From Nitrospirales bacterium (GTDB lineage Bacteria > Nitrospirota > Nitrospiria > Nitrospirales > UBA8639): a stretch of 64,000 nucleotides of DNA. The position numbers were made by a program, and so were the translations under genes. Under the pieces are notes generated by a model. It searched no databases, had not been told where the DNA came from, and saw nothing but the letters and a program-made list of their open reading frames with translations. Of the stretch, positions 49,312-60,285 are shown in pieces. Each line of letters opens with the position of its first letter. The first letter of the stretch is position 1. Location of the stretch: positions 1,216,001 to 1,280,000 of the forward strand of contig OY729426.1 of assembly GCA_963422365.1 (NCBI GenBank), given 5' to 3'.

Positions 49312-51949
49312 ATTTGGGATCGATGCGTTTTTGAATTTCAGCTAATCGATTTAACGCTTCCAGGGGAGTCATAGAGAACAGTTCTAATTGTTTGATTTCT
49401 TCAATCAAGGGATGGTGTTGGGGGGATGAGGAAGCGATGAGATCTGATTCCTGTTCATGAATCCTGACCCCCATGTTTTCAGAAGAAGAATTGTGTTCCA
49501 GTTGCGCTAACATTTCTTCTGCTCGCGCAATGACGGATGAGGGTAACCCCGCGAGTTTTCCTACATGGATTCCATAACTACGATCGGATTTACCCTGTTT
49601 GATTTTTCTTAAAAAAATGACCTGATCCTTTTCTTCTTTCACCACGACGGCGAGGTTTTGAACGCCTTCCAGAAATTTTTCTAAATCCGTCATTTCATGA
49701 TAGTGGGTGGCAAAGAGGGTTCTTGCTCCGAGTATCCGCTTGTCTTGAATATGTTCGGCGATCGCCCAAGCGAGGCTTAATCCATCGTAGGTACTGGTTC
49801 CTCGACCTATTTCATCGAGAAGAATAAGACTGCGAGCCGTGGCGACATGTAAAATTTTGGCGGTTTCCAACATTTCTACCATAAAGGTGCTTAACCCAAA
49901 GGCCAAATTATCGGAGGCACCCACCCGTGTAAACATTCGATCAATGATCCCGATTTTGGCTTCCGAGGCAGGAACAAAACACCCCATATGGGCCATGAGC
50001 ACAATAAGCCCGGTTTGACGCAAAAACGTGCTTTTTCCCGCCATGTTAGGGCCGGTAATCAAGAGTAACCGATGGGCATCAAAGTCCAGATAGGAGTCGT
50101 TGGGGACAAATCCTTCTGGCAAGTTGAATGTTTCAACAACCGGATGGCGTCCATTTTTTATGAAGATGATGCCTCCGTCATGCATGTCGGGTTTGATGTA
50201 TCGATTCCTGGAAGCCACCTCAGCAAAATTTGTGAGAATATCGAGCAGTGCCACCTGTTTGGCCATTTTTTGGATTCGGAAAACGTTGCGGGAAATATTT
50301 TTCAGCACCGACTGAAAACAGTTTTGCTCGGCACGTCGTAACTTCGCACTGGCCCCGGAAAGTTGGGCTTCAATCCGTTCAAGGTCTTCAGTTGTATACC
50401 GTTCGGCATTGACCAGTGTTTGTTTCCTTCGAAAATGCTCCGGCACACGAGACAGATTGGCTTTCGTCACTTCGAAATAGTATCCGAAAACATGATTGTA
50501 TTTGATTCTAAGCGAGTCGATACCGCTCTGCTTTCGTTCGCGTAGCTCTAAATCGGTCAACCATTGCATTCCATCACGAGTAATTTTTCGTAACTCATCG
50601 ATGGCGGGATCGAAGCCATCTTGAAAAATCGGTCCCTCTTTGGCGGAGGCCGGCGTACTGGGATCAATGGAGTCCTCAATGAGTGTGGTGATATCCGAAA
50701 GGGCATCCCACCGCTGCAACACGGAGCTGAGAAGATGATCGGCAATGCCGTCAAAAAGAAGACAAAGCTGCGGGAGAATTTGCAGAGATTCTTTTAAACG
50801 AAGAACCTCCCGCGGGGTTGCCGTTCCCATCACCACACGACTACTTAATCGCTCAAGGTCATACAGATCTTTTAAGAAAGAACGAATCTGCAAGCGAAGT
50901 TTCAGGTTTTCCATGAAAACGGAAACCGCATTGAGCCGGTGTTGAATAGATTTGCTGTCAATCAGAGGACGAACAATCCATTGACGGAGAAGGCGGCTTC
51001 CCATTGCCGTGACCGTGTGATCGAGAACCGACAGCAAGGTGGAATGTTTTTGATCGGGGTGCAACGCCTGGATCAGTTCCAGGTTACGAATGGTCATGGC
51101 GTCCAGATGCATTTCCCGGGTGGGTTCCCGGAGTTCCGGTTTCTGGATATGGTGGTGCTCCAGGGTAGGTTGGGTTTGCTTCAGATAATGCAAAATGCAT
51201 CCACCGGCCAGGACACCAGGACCGGCGGAAGAGAGTCCAAGCCCTTCCACGCCGGCCACCGCGAAATGAGACCGGAGCATGTCCTGCGACGCCTCCAACT
51301 CGAAATAGGCGGAAGGCTGCTCCGTCACGCGAGGTAACCGCAGGGGTTTCAACAGCGTTTGGACATCGGGCGCAATCGCCTCTGTTTTTTCTGGAACAAT
51401 CACTTCTTGAGGGCCAAGGCGAATGAGTTCGTCCAGCATTGCGTCCTGACTGTGGTCTCCGGAAAATTCCGCAATGAGAAACTGTCCAGTTGAAAGATCG
51501 ATCGTGGCCAGCCCAAAGTGGCAACGTGACTGTGCCGGAGTCGGTTGAACGGATAAGGCCGCCAGAAAGTTGGCCTCTTTGGCATCCAGCAACTCATCGT
51601 CGAAAACCGTGCCGGGTGTGTAGAGTCGTACGACCTCGCGTCGGACCAGTCCCTTGGCCGATTTGGGGTCTTCGACTTGCTCGCAGAGAGCAACGGTTTT
51701 CCCGAATTTCAACAATTTGGAAAGATAGCTCGTGGCCGCATGATACGGGATCCCACAGAGAGGGACAGGGTTGGGGCTATTCTTGTCCCTGGTCGCCAAA
51801 GCGATATTGAGAAGGGCAGAGGCCTCTTTGGCGTCCTGATAAAACATTTCATAAAAGTCACCCACTCGAAAAAAAACAATCGTATCCGGGTAGTGCTGTT
51901 TGATATCACCGTATTGTTTCAGCAGTGGCGTCAGCTCGGATTGACTCAT
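49310..51949 (-). CDS. mutS: DNA mismatch repair protein MutS
   Basis: LTPLLKQY, FFRVGDFYEMF, GPNMAGKST, STFMVEM, DEIGRGT, SYGIHV. Confidence 0.98.
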   Translation of the reverse strand: MSQSELTPLLKQYGDIKQHYPDTIVFFRVGDFYEMFYQDAKEASALLNIALATRDKNSPNPVPLCGIPYHAATSYLSKLLKFGKTVALCEQVEDPKSAKGLVRREVVRLYTPGTVFDDELLDAKEANFLAALSVQPTPAQSRCHFGLATIDLSTGQFLIAEFSGDHSQDAMLDELIRLGPQEVIVPEKTEAIAPDVQTLLKPLRLPRVTEQPSAYFELEASQDMLRSHFAVAGVEGLGLSSAGPGVLAGGCILHYLKQTQPTLEHHHIQKPELREPTREMHLDAMTIRNLELIQALHPDQKHSTLLSVLDHTVTAMGSRLLRQWIVRPLIDSKSIQHRLNAVSVFMENLKLRLQIRSFLKDLYDLERLSSRVVMGTATPREVLRLKESLQILPQLCLLFDGIADHLLSSVLQRWDALSDITTLIEDSIDPSTPASAKEGPIFQDGFDPAIDELRKITRDGMQWLTDLELRERKQSGIDSLRIKYNHVFGYYFEVTKANLSRVPEHFRRKQTLVNAERYTTEDLERIEAQLSGASAKLRRAEQNCFQSVLKNISRNVFRIQKMAKQVALLDILTNFAEVASRNRYIKPDMHDGGIIFIKNGRHPVVETFNLPEGFVPNDSYLDFDAHRLLLITGPNMAGKSTFLRQTGLIVLMAHMGCFVPASEAKIGIIDRMFTRVGASDNLAFGLSTFMVEMLETAKILHVATARSLILLDEIGRGTSTYDGLSLAWAIAEHIQDKRILGARTLFATHYHEMTDLEKFLEGVQNLAVVVKEEKDQVIFLRKIKQGKSDRSYGIHVGKLAGLPSSVIARAEEMLAQLEHNSSSENMGVRIHEQESDLIASSSPQHHPLIEEIKQLELFSMTPLEALNRLAEIQKRIDPK

Positions 51950-51956
51950 GAGGAAG

Positions 51957-52448
51957 TTACCTTGAGTCCGACATGATCGTGTGAAGAAGACCGTGACTCC
52001 ATGGTCCAAAGGCCTGAACCTGCACGCGACGCAAGTTTTTTCCTGTATGGAGGAACTGAATCGAAAGATAGTCCTCGGGCAACCACACCACAGGCAGTCG
52101 GTCAGCCCATTCAATGAGGACAACGAAGTCTCCGTTAAAATATTCGACTAATCCCGTGTCAGCCAACTCCTGAGAATGTTCGAGTCGATATAAGTCAACG
52201 TGGGCAAGCGTCATGGACCCAACGTATTCTTGGATCACGATAAAGGTCGGGCTACTGACGACGTGGGGGGCGAGCCCGGCCCCCCTGGCAACTCCGCGGA
52301 CAAACGTCGTTTTCCCTGAGCCTAATTCACCAACGAGCGCGATGACGGCACCCCTCTGAAGACGACGGCCGATGGTTGAGCCGAATGTCTCGGTTTGAGA
52401 GGGTGAAGCCAAGGCAAGGGTCCAGAGATCTTTCTGTTCAATTGCCAT
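51957..52448 (-). CDS. tsaE: tRNA t6A biosynthesis ATPase TsaE
   Basis: GELGSGKT, VSSPTF, HVDLYRL, IEW. Confidence 0.96.
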   Translation of the reverse strand: MAIEQKDLWTLALASPSQTETFGSTIGRRLQRGAVIALVGELGSGKTTFVRGVARGAGLAPHVVSSPTFIVIQEYVGSMTLAHVDLYRLEHSQELADTGLVEYFNGDFVVLIEWADRLPVVWLPEDYLSIQFLHTGKNLRRVQVQAFGPWSHGLLHTIMSDSR

Positions 52449-52452
52449 ATGG

Positions 52453-54036
52453 TCAGACGGGAGCTTCTTCGCTGTCAGGGGGAGCGGCTTGAAGAATGTG
52501 GGTCATGGCCAGAGGAAGGTATGCAAAAAGGTCGCTAGCCATCAACCCTGGATACCCGTACGTGTGAGCCGCGAGGTCGCCTGCTAATCCGTGAAGGTAG
52601 ACGCCGCTTTGAGCCGCCTCCCATGGTGAGACCCCTTGTGCGAGCAAACCGGCGATGACGCCGGTGAGAACGTCTCCCATTCCAGCAGTTGCCATGCCGG
52701 GGTTTCCTGTTGGCGTAATGGAAGTCGATCCCTGAGGATGGGCAATAATCGTTCGTGCTCCCTTCAGTACCACGATGCTTGAATGGGTGCGGGCAAAGTC
52801 TTGAGCAATCCCTAAACGATTGTGGTTCACCGTTGCCGCTGTCGATTCACCAATCAGCCGCGCCATCTCTCCGGGGTGAGGTGTCACAATCGGGGATATT
52901 GGGCATGAACGGAGGAGACTCGTATGGCCTGCTAAGGCATTCAGCGCGTCGGCATCGATGACGCTCGGGCGGTCACATTGGGAGATCAGCATGCGAATCA
53001 CCTCAGCGGTTTCAGCGTGAGTCGAAAGTCCCGGGCCAATGCCGACCGCACTGCGAGATCGAAGAAAGGTGTGAAGCTGAGGCAGGGCTTGTCGCGACAG
53101 CGTGTGGTCTGCGGTTTCAGGGAGCGGCAAGGTCATGACTTCCAGAATGCTTGATGCAAGACTTGCCTGCACGCTGGCCGGCGCGGCCACAGTGACAAGC
53201 CCTGCTCCTGCTCTAAGGGCCGCTTTGGCCGCCAAGGCAGCGGCTCCGCTTTTTCCTGATGAGCCGGCAATGATCCCGGTATGACCAAACGTCCCCTTGT
53301 GTGACGAAGCCGCGCGTGTCGGCAGCCAAGGTCGAATCATGGCAGGAGTCAACATCTCGATGGGAATGCGCAGATCTTCGACATACTGATCGGGGATTCC
53401 GATATCGACACAATGAAGTCGTCCGACGTGATCAATGCCTGCTCCCAGAAAGAGCCCGAGCTTGGGATTCCCCAACGTGACGGTCAAGGTGGCTTGAACC
53501 GCCGTCCCTAGCATCGCTCCGGTATCCGTATGAATGCCCGAAGGAAGATCCACCGCAACAGTGGGAGCCCGTGAGTCATTCATGGCGTGAATAGCCTCAT
53601 AGTACGGGCCGGTGATCGGTGAAGACGTTCCGGTCCCCAGGAGCGCATCGACGAGAAAGTGGCTGTGCCGGACCAATTGGTGCATGTGAGCCGAGGAGGG
53701 GGCGCTCAAGGCATTCGATCGACCCGCTTCTCTGACAAACCGTTGATACATCAGTTTGGCATTGCCTTTGAGATCGCGGGTGTGCGCAAGCAGGCAGACC
53801 TGAACGGTGCTGCGCTTTTGACGCAGGAGTCTTGCGACGACGAACCCATCCCCTCCATTGTGGCCTTTCCCACAGAAGATCGTCACGGTTTTTCCATTCA
53901 AGGGACCGAAGGTCTCTTCCATGGCCGAAACTACGCCGGATCCTGCTCGTTCCATCAAGACCTTTCCAGGAACATCGGCTTCGTGGATCGTGCGACGATC
54001 GAGTTCTTGTATCTGGTGAGCGGTGACGATTTTCAT
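52453..54036 (-). CDS. nnr: Bifunctional NAD(P)HX epimerase/dehydratase
   Basis: LMERAG, GHNGGDG, DLPSG, HKGTFG, TPHPGEM, AGMGDVL. Confidence 0.96.
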   Translation of the reverse strand: MKIVTAHQIQELDRRTIHEADVPGKVLMERAGSGVVSAMEETFGPLNGKTVTIFCGKGHNGGDGFVVARLLRQKRSTVQVCLLAHTRDLKGNAKLMYQRFVREAGRSNALSAPSSAHMHQLVRHSHFLVDALLGTGTSSPITGPYYEAIHAMNDSRAPTVAVDLPSGIHTDTGAMLGTAVQATLTVTLGNPKLGLFLGAGIDHVGRLHCVDIGIPDQYVEDLRIPIEMLTPAMIRPWLPTRAASSHKGTFGHTGIIAGSSGKSGAAALAAKAALRAGAGLVTVAAPASVQASLASSILEVMTLPLPETADHTLSRQALPQLHTFLRSRSAVGIGPGLSTHAETAEVIRMLISQCDRPSVIDADALNALAGHTSLLRSCPISPIVTPHPGEMARLIGESTAATVNHNRLGIAQDFARTHSSIVVLKGARTIIAHPQGSTSITPTGNPGMATAGMGDVLTGVIAGLLAQGVSPWEAAQSGVYLHGLAGDLAAHTYGYPGLMASDLFAYLPLAMTHILQAAPPDSEEAPV

Positions 54037-54065
54037 GGCGAACCAAGCACGAACGTGCTAGGCAT

Positions 54066-54794
54066 CTAGCTGTGAAGAGATGAAGGAATTAAGGCTTTCA
54101 TTTCTCTGACGGCTCGTTCGAGTCCCACGAGAACTGCGCGGGAAATAAGACTATGACCGATATTGAATTCCACGATTTCAGTGATTCCCGTCAGACGTTC
54201 GATATTGTGATAGGTCAGGCCATGGCCGGCATTCACCTCCAGTCCTAACTGCTGTGCGAGGCGCGCTCCCTGCAGAAGGGCTTCGACTTCTTTCTGGATC
54301 TCTCGGGGATGGCGGCTATTGGCATATTTCCCAGTGTGAAGTTCGACGGCATCGGCGCCGACTTTGTGCGCGGCGCGGATTTGAGCCCGGTCCGGATCGA
54401 TAAACAAGCTGACCGGAATCTGGGCGTCGTGGAAGAGGCGAATCAGGGACGTGAGTCGCCTTCGATGCTCCGTCACCGCAAGTCCGCCTTCGGTGGTGAG
54501 TTCCTGTCGCCGTTCAGGGACCAGTGTGACTTTATCAGGACGGACGTGCAACGCAATCTTCGCGGTCGCGTCGTCTGCGGCCATTTCCACATTCAAAGCG
54601 GAAGGAGCCATATCCCGCAGCAGAGTCAGGTCTCGTTCTTGGATATGTCGACGATCTTCACGGAGATGGACGACCAAGCCATCGGCGCCTCCGAGGTCCG
54701 CCAGAACCGCTGCGGCAAGAGGGTCTGGCTCATGACCTCCTCGGGCCTGCCGAAGAGTGGCCACATGATCAATGTTGACGCCGAGCCGAGCCAT
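54066..54794 (-). CDS. pdxJ: Pyridoxine 5'-phosphate synthase
   Basis: [35 protein letters not shown]. Confidence 0.98.
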   Translation of the reverse strand: MARLGVNIDHVATLRQARGGHEPDPLAAAVLADLGGADGLVVHLREDRRHIQERDLTLLRDMAPSALNVEMAADDATAKIALHVRPDKVTLVPERRQELTTEGGLAVTEHRRRLTSLIRLFHDAQIPVSLFIDPDRAQIRAAHKVGADAVELHTGKYANSRHPREIQKEVEALLQGARLAQQLGLEVNAGHGLTYHNIERLTGITEIVEFNIGHSLISRAVLVGLERAVREMKALIPSSLHS

Positions 54795-54960
54795 AATAAC
54801 CTTGCTGATCAATGTCGAAGTATCTGGGCCGAGGACCGTCTCATGTCCTTTTTCATTATGGCAAAACGGGCAAGGGGTCGCAATGAACCTTGCTCGATTA
54901 TCTCTGAGAGGGCCATGCTCCTGAAGTATAAGAAAAAATCTGAAAAAACAAAGCCTTTCA

Positions 54961-54989
54961 TTGACTGGGTGTAAGACCTCTACTACAAT
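54961..54989 (+). promoter_or_regulatory. Sigma70-like promoter of alaC-hom-thrC
   Basis: TTGACT-17bp-TACAAT. Confidence 0.65.
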
Positions 54990-55057
54990 AACAGGTTATC
55001 ATAATGACCCGTCACAACAGTCAGGTTCCCTAAAAACAAGGGGTATTCTGCTGACCC

Positions 55058-56242
55058 ATGCAAAACTTTTTTCGCATTCAACGCCTTCCGCCCTACGTAT
55101 TTAGTCAGGTTGAGGAACTCAAAATTCAGGCGCGGCAGCGTGGTGAGGATATTATTGACTTTGGGATGGGGAATCCTGATCAAGCGACCCCCCCCCATAT
55201 TGTTGAGAAATTAGTCGAAGCTGCACAGAAAGGAAAAAATCACAGGTATTCGGCTTCTCGTGGTATTACGAGATTACGTCATGCCATCAGTACGTGGTAT
55301 GGGCAACACTATAATGTGGATATTGATCCCGAGACCGAAGCTATCGTGACGTTGGGCGTCAAAGAAGGACTATCGCATTTAGTGCTTGCGATGTTAGGGC
55401 CGGGCGACGTGGTGCTGACACCCACGCCGACGTATCCCATTCATATGTACAGCGTGATTATTGCGGGAGGAGAAGTGCGTGGCGTCGAGCTGCGTCCCAC
55501 TGACGATTTCTTTGAAAATCTCACGCGAGCCTATCGCCAAAGCCAACCCAGGCCTAAAGCCTTGATCATGAGTTTTCCCCACAACCCGACCACGAGTGTG
55601 GTGGATTTGGAGTTTTTTAAAAAAGTGGTGGCGTTTGCCCGTGAGCACAATCTCTATGTCATTCATGACCTGGCCTATGCGGACATTGTCTTCGATGGCT
55701 ATCGAGCGCCAAGTTTATTGCAAGTGCCGGAAGCGAAAGAAATCGGCGTGGAATTGTACTCGTTATCCAAAAGCTACAACATGCCTGGGTGGCGGGTCGG
55801 ATTCTGCGTCGGCAATCAAGACATCATTGCGGCCTTGACCAAGATCAAAAGCTATTTGGATTACGGGATGTTTCAGCCTATCCAAATTTCCAGTATTATC
55901 GCGCTCACGGGACCGCAGGATTGCGTGAAGTCCATTGTAAGTCAATATGAACACCGGCGTAATGCATTAGTCTCCAGCCTGAATCGTATCGGCTGGTGGG
56001 TTGATTATCCACGGGCCACGATGTTTGTGTGGGCTCGAATTCCCGCAACCTACGCGGGAATGGGTTCGCTCGAGTTTTCAAAGTTTCTTCTCCGAGAAGG
56101 GAAGGTGGCGGTGTCCCCGGGGATTGGATTTGGAGAAGGCGGAGATGACTATGTACGATTCGCGTTGGTGGAAAACGAACATCGAACGCATCAAGCCATT
56201 CGGGGCATCAAGGCCGCGTTAAAATTAGAAGAGCAACCATGA
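55058..56242 (+). CDS. alaC: Class I/II aminotransferase, AlaC-like
   Basis: [35 protein letters not shown]. Confidence 0.85.
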   Translation: MQNFFRIQRLPPYVFSQVEELKIQARQRGEDIIDFGMGNPDQATPPHIVEKLVEAAQKGKNHRYSASRGITRLRHAISTWYGQHYNVDIDPETEAIVTLGVKEGLSHLVLAMLGPGDVVLTPTPTYPIHMYSVIIAGGEVRGVELRPTDDFFENLTRAYRQSQPRPKALIMSFPHNPTTSVVDLEFFKKVVAFAREHNLYVIHDLAYADIVFDGYRAPSLLQVPEAKEIGVELYSLSKSYNMPGWRVGFCVGNQDIIAALTKIKSYLDYGMFQPIQISSIIALTGPQDCVKSIVSQYEHRRNALVSSLNRIGWWVDYPRATMFVWARIPATYAGMGSLEFSKFLLREGKVAVSPGIGFGEGGDDYVRFALVENEHRTHQAIRGIKAALKLEEQP

Positions 56243-57555
56243 ACGGCGAAATCGGAATAGGCTTAGTCGGATTTGGCACCGTCGGGTCCGGGGCCGCGAA
56301 GATCCTGTTCAACCAGGCCGAGTTGATTGCGCGACGGGTAGGGGTGCCGCTGCGCTTGAAACGAATCGTGGATCGTGATGTCACGTCGGATCGTGACGTG
56401 GTGCTTCCCCAGGGCGTTCTCAGTACGGACCTCTCGGGACTCATGAAAGATGAGTCCATCGAGATCGTGATGGAATTGGTCGGAGGATATGATTTTGCGA
56501 AACGTGTCATGCTCGAAGCCATCAGCAAAGGCAAACATGTCGTCACCGCCAATAAGGCTTTGCTGGCGGTTCATGGGGAGGACGTGTTTGCCGCGGCTCA
56601 TCGTGCGGGTGTGGACGTGGGATTCGAGGCCAGTGTAGGTGGAGGCATTCCGATCCTTCGATCAGTGACCGAGGGGCTGGCGGCCAATCATTGTGCTTCC
56701 TTAGTCGGCATCATGAACGGCACCTCCAACTATATTTTGACTCAGATGAAACGCGAGGGACAGGAATTTCAAGATGCCCTGGCGGATGCGCAAGCCGCCG
56801 GCTACGCAGAGGCGGATCCGACGTTTGATATCGAAGGAATCGATTCCGCACACAAGTTGGCGATCATGGTCAGCTTGGCCTATGGAACGCCTGTCAACGT
56901 CAAGGAGATTTATACCGAAGGCATTCAACGATTGACGGCCTTGGATATTCGCTACGCATCGGAGTTGGGGATGACGGTGAAACTGCTGGGGCTGGCGAAA
57001 TGTTGTGAAGGCGGAATCGAAGCACGCGTTCATCCCACCATGATCGGCAATGCGGCGCCGTTGGCCCAAGTGCATGGAGTCTATAACGCCATTCACATCG
57101 TGGGCGATGCCGTGGGCGATGTCATGTTTTACGGGCAGGGAGCCGGTTCATTGCCGACAGGGAGCGCGGTCGTGAGTGACGTCATCGACATTGCGCGCAA
57201 CATTCGCAAGCACGCCTGTGGGCGTGTGCCGCCGACCTCGTTTCAAATGGACGGCAGAGTGCCGATCCCGATTCGCCCGATGGAAGAATTGACCACCCGC
57301 TATTACCTGCGCTGTATGGTTCCGGATCAGCCTGGGGTGCTTTCCAAGATTGCCGGCATACTCGGCAATCAGTCCATTAGTATTGCCTCTGTATTGCAGC
57401 AGGCTCGGCAAGAAGGCCAAACGGTGCCGGTTGTGATCATGACTCATCGCGCGTGCGAACGCTCGGTCCAAACCGCAATACAAGAAATCAATCGTCTGTC
57501 TTCGCTTGTTTCAGAGCCGGTGACGTTCATCCGGGTAGAGGATCAAGAAACGTGA
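56239..57555 (+). CDS. hom: Homoserine dehydrogenase
   Basis: [28 protein letters not shown]-terminal ACT domain. Confidence 0.97.
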   Translation: MNGEIGIGLVGFGTVGSGAAKILFNQAELIARRVGVPLRLKRIVDRDVTSDRDVVLPQGVLSTDLSGLMKDESIEIVMELVGGYDFAKRVMLEAISKGKHVVTANKALLAVHGEDVFAAAHRAGVDVGFEASVGGGIPILRSVTEGLAANHCASLVGIMNGTSNYILTQMKREGQEFQDALADAQAAGYAEADPTFDIEGIDSAHKLAIMVSLAYGTPVNVKEIYTEGIQRLTALDIRYASELGMTVKLLGLAKCCEGGIEARVHPTMIGNAAPLAQVHGVYNAIHIVGDAVGDVMFYGQGAGSLPTGSAVVSDVIDIARNIRKHACGRVPPTSFQMDGRVPIPIRPMEELTTRYYLRCMVPDQPGVLSKIAGILGNQSISIASVLQQARQEGQTVPVVIMTHRACERSVQTAIQEINRLSSLVSEPVTFIRVEDQET

Positions 57556-57631
57556 CGTGGAGCAAGGGTGCCATTCATCGTGAGTCTCGGCACAGGACCT
57601 CCGTAGTGTTTGTAGGCGGTGAGAGAGCACG

Positions 57632-58690
57632 ATGAGGCCCTGGCGTGGAATTATAGAAGAGTTCAGAAAGTTTCTTCCGGTCACGGATCAGACCCCGGTA
57701 GTCACCCTGTGTGAAGGCCACACTCCCTTGATTCAAGCCAAACGGCTGGCCAAACAAATCTGTCCGCACGTCGACCTGTATCTCAAAGTCGAAGGAGCCA
57801 ACCCAACCGGTTCGTTCAAAGATCGGGGGATGACCTTAGCGGTATCCAAGGCGTTGGAAAAACACGCCCGTGCGGTCATGTGTGCCTCAACTGGTAATAC
57901 ATCGGCGTCGGCTGCAGCCTATGGCGGGCGGGCAGGGTTGCCGGTGTACGTGCTGGTGCCGGCGGGGAAGGTGGCTTTAGGAAAACTGGCGCAAGCGATG
58001 GCGCATGGGGCCATCGTGATTCAAATTGAAGGCAATTTCGATCAGGCGCTTTCAATCGTCAAGGACTTGTGTGCGAACGAAGAATTTGAACTCGTCAATT
58101 CGTTAAACCCCTTTCGCTTAGAAGGACAAAAAACCGCGGCCCTGGAAGTTTGTGATCAGTTGGGCCGCGCGCCCTCGTACCATTTTTTGCCGGTGGGCAA
58201 TGCCGGCAATATCTCGGCGTATTGGAAGGGGTACAAGGAATACCATACGGCGGGACAAATCGCGCGATGCCCGAAAATGATGGGCTTTCAGGCCCAAGGG
58301 GCGGCGCCGATTGTTCGAGGCCATGTGATCGAACAGCCCCAAACCGTGGCGACGGCCATTCGGATTGGCAATCCTGCAAGTTGGCAGCTGGCGCTGCAAG
58401 CGGTGGAGAAATCTTCTGGAGCGATTCAGATGGTGACGGATGAAGAAATTCTCGGGGCGTATCAAGTGCTCGCCAAAGAAGAAGGCGTCTTTTGTGAGCC
58501 TGCTTCTGCGGCCTCGGTGGCTGGATTGACCAAGTACAGCCGGGCAGGGTTGTTGCCTGAAGCCGCCACAGTCGTCTGCACGTTAACCGGCCATGGACTG
58601 AAGGACCCTGATATTGCCGTTGAGATCTCACCCAAAGCCCGGACGGTCAAAGCCACACGGGAAGATGTTCTCTCGTTGCTACGACCCTGA
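57632..58690 (+). CDS. thrC: Threonine synthase
   Basis: NPTGSFKDRG, CASTGNTS, PVGNAGN, LTGHGLKDP. Confidence 0.97.
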   Translation: MRPWRGIIEEFRKFLPVTDQTPVVTLCEGHTPLIQAKRLAKQICPHVDLYLKVEGANPTGSFKDRGMTLAVSKALEKHARAVMCASTGNTSASAAAYGGRAGLPVYVLVPAGKVALGKLAQAMAHGAIVIQIEGNFDQALSIVKDLCANEEFELVNSLNPFRLEGQKTAALEVCDQLGRAPSYHFLPVGNAGNISAYWKGYKEYHTAGQIARCPKMMGFQAQGAAPIVRGHVIEQPQTVATAIRIGNPASWQLALQAVEKSSGAIQMVTDEEILGAYQVLAKEEGVFCEPASAASVAGLTKYSRAGLLPEAATVVCTLTGHGLKDPDIAVEISPKARTVKATREDVLSLLRP

Positions 58691-58720
58691 GCGCAAGGTA
58701 ACGACTCCCGTTTCCTGCCT

Positions 58721-58910
58721 GATGAGATCCCGCAGTGACAACCAGATTTCTGTTATGTGTCGGGCCGCATCCCATGTGGCCCAGGATAGGCAACGACGTG
58801 TGGGAACGCCTCGGGGCGCATGAGATGGCGCCGCGACAGAGAGTGGGAAGAGGACGGGATGAGGCACGTCCCTGACCCGTACTCCGATACAGGGGATCCC
58901 GCAACGACAA
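58721..58910. repeat. Cluster of degenerate family A REP-like units
   Basis: gatgagatcccgcagtgaca, gtcgggccgcatccc, gcgcatgagatggcgccgcgaca and aagaggacgggatgagg resemble the 14468 and 62965 units. Confidence 0.55.
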
Positions 58911-58934
58911 AAGAAGCAGAAAAAGGCACCACGC

Positions 58935-60176
58935 ATGGCACTGTTCATCCAAAAGTTCGGCGGAACGTCTGTTGGGAATATTGAGCGAATCCACTGGATT
59001 GCCGAACTGATAGAACAAACCTATAGAGCGGGCAACCAAGTCGTGGTGGTGGTGTCTGCCATGAGTGGGGAGACGGATCGACTGTTGCGGCTTGCCCATG
59101 AAATCACCCCGCAACCGGATGACCGGGAACTTGATATGTTGTTATCGTCTGGAGAGCGTGTCCCCATTGCCCTGCTGGCGATGAAACTGCGGAGTCGTGG
59201 AATCAATGCGCGTTCATTTACCGGGCGCCAAGTTGGAATCGTGACCAACAGTTCGCACACGCGGGCCCGTATTGCGAAAGTGATGGCCGATCCCGTGAAA
59301 CAGGCCCTTGCCAAAGGGGTCCTGCCCATTGTGGCGGGGTTTCAAGGCGTCAACGAACGCGCGGAAGTCACCACGCTCGGAAGAGGGGGGTCGGATCTGA
59401 CGGCCGTTGCGTTGGCCGCGACATTGCAGGCGGACCAATGCGTCATCTTTACCGATGTAGATGGAGTGTACACCACCGATCCCAACGTCGTTCCCTCGGC
59501 CAGGCGGATTCCGAAACTGTCCTATGAGGAAATGCTGGAGCTGGCGAGTTTAGGGGCGAAAGTGCTCCAGGCACGTTCCGTCGAATTTGCAGCGAAATAC
59601 CACGTTCCGGTACAAGTAAAATCGAGTTTTCAGGAAGGGGAAGGCACACTTGTGACGCATGAAGACGTGGATATGGAACAGGCTGTGGTGTCCGGGGTCA
59701 CAGGCGATCGGAACCAAGCCAAGATTACCGTTGTGGGCGTTCCGGACCGCCCGGGTATTGCCGCGAACGTATTTGGCGTCGTGGCGGGAGCCGCCATTGT
59801 GGTAGATATGATCATTCAAAACGTGAGCCACCGGGATGCGTTAACGGATATTTCCTTTACGGTGCCACGGAGCGATCTGGCGCGTGCAATGGCCTTAGTC
59901 AGACAGACAGCCGACGAAGTTGACGCAAGGGCTGTGGAAGTCAAGGAGGAGATTGCCAAGGTATCGTTGGTGGGAGTCGGCATGCGGTCCCATTCGGGAG
60001 TGGCCGCCCGGATGTTCCAAACGCTCGCACGCGAAAAAATTAACATCATGATGATCAGTACGTCAGAAATTAAGATTTCCTGCGTGTTGGATGAGGAGGC
60101 TGTCGACAAAGCCGTCCGAGCTCTTCATCAGGAATTCGGGCTGGACAAGGCCTCTGAAAACACCGAGACTCCATGA
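58935..60176 (+). CDS. lysC: Aspartate kinase
   Basis: QKFGGTSV, VVSAM, TTLGRGGSD, two ACT domains, STSEIKIS. Confidence 0.97.
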   Translation: MALFIQKFGGTSVGNIERIHWIAELIEQTYRAGNQVVVVVSAMSGETDRLLRLAHEITPQPDDRELDMLLSSGERVPIALLAMKLRSRGINARSFTGRQVGIVTNSSHTRARIAKVMADPVKQALAKGVLPIVAGFQGVNERAEVTTLGRGGSDLTAVALAATLQADQCVIFTDVDGVYTTDPNVVPSARRIPKLSYEEMLELASLGAKVLQARSVEFAAKYHVPVQVKSSFQEGEGTLVTHEDVDMEQAVVSGVTGDRNQAKITVVGVPDRPGIAANVFGVVAGAAIVVDMIIQNVSHRDALTDISFTVPRSDLARAMALVRQTADEVDARAVEVKEEIAKVSLVGVGMRSHSGVAARMFQTLAREKINIMMISTSEIKISCVLDEEAVDKAVRALHQEFGLDKASENTETP

Positions 60177-60285
60177 AGCAGCCTTGAAAAAGAAAACGTG
60201 ATTCGAGTATGTACGTAGAGACGGACCTTCTGCAGAACGGCTTTCAGGCGATCGTGCAAGTCCGAAGCCGATACAGATTGAGAAC

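Noticed and set aside
51950..52123. N-terminal extension of mutS in the ORF track (similarly purA, rimP, pilC, M16 peptidase)
   Set aside because: Extensions overlap neighbouring genes or promoters; family similarity begins at downstream ATGs
54309..54974. 221-aa ORF antisense to pdxJ, and other long shadow ORFs
   Set aside because: They overlap well-supported genes and lack motifs; typical of GC-rich coding DNA
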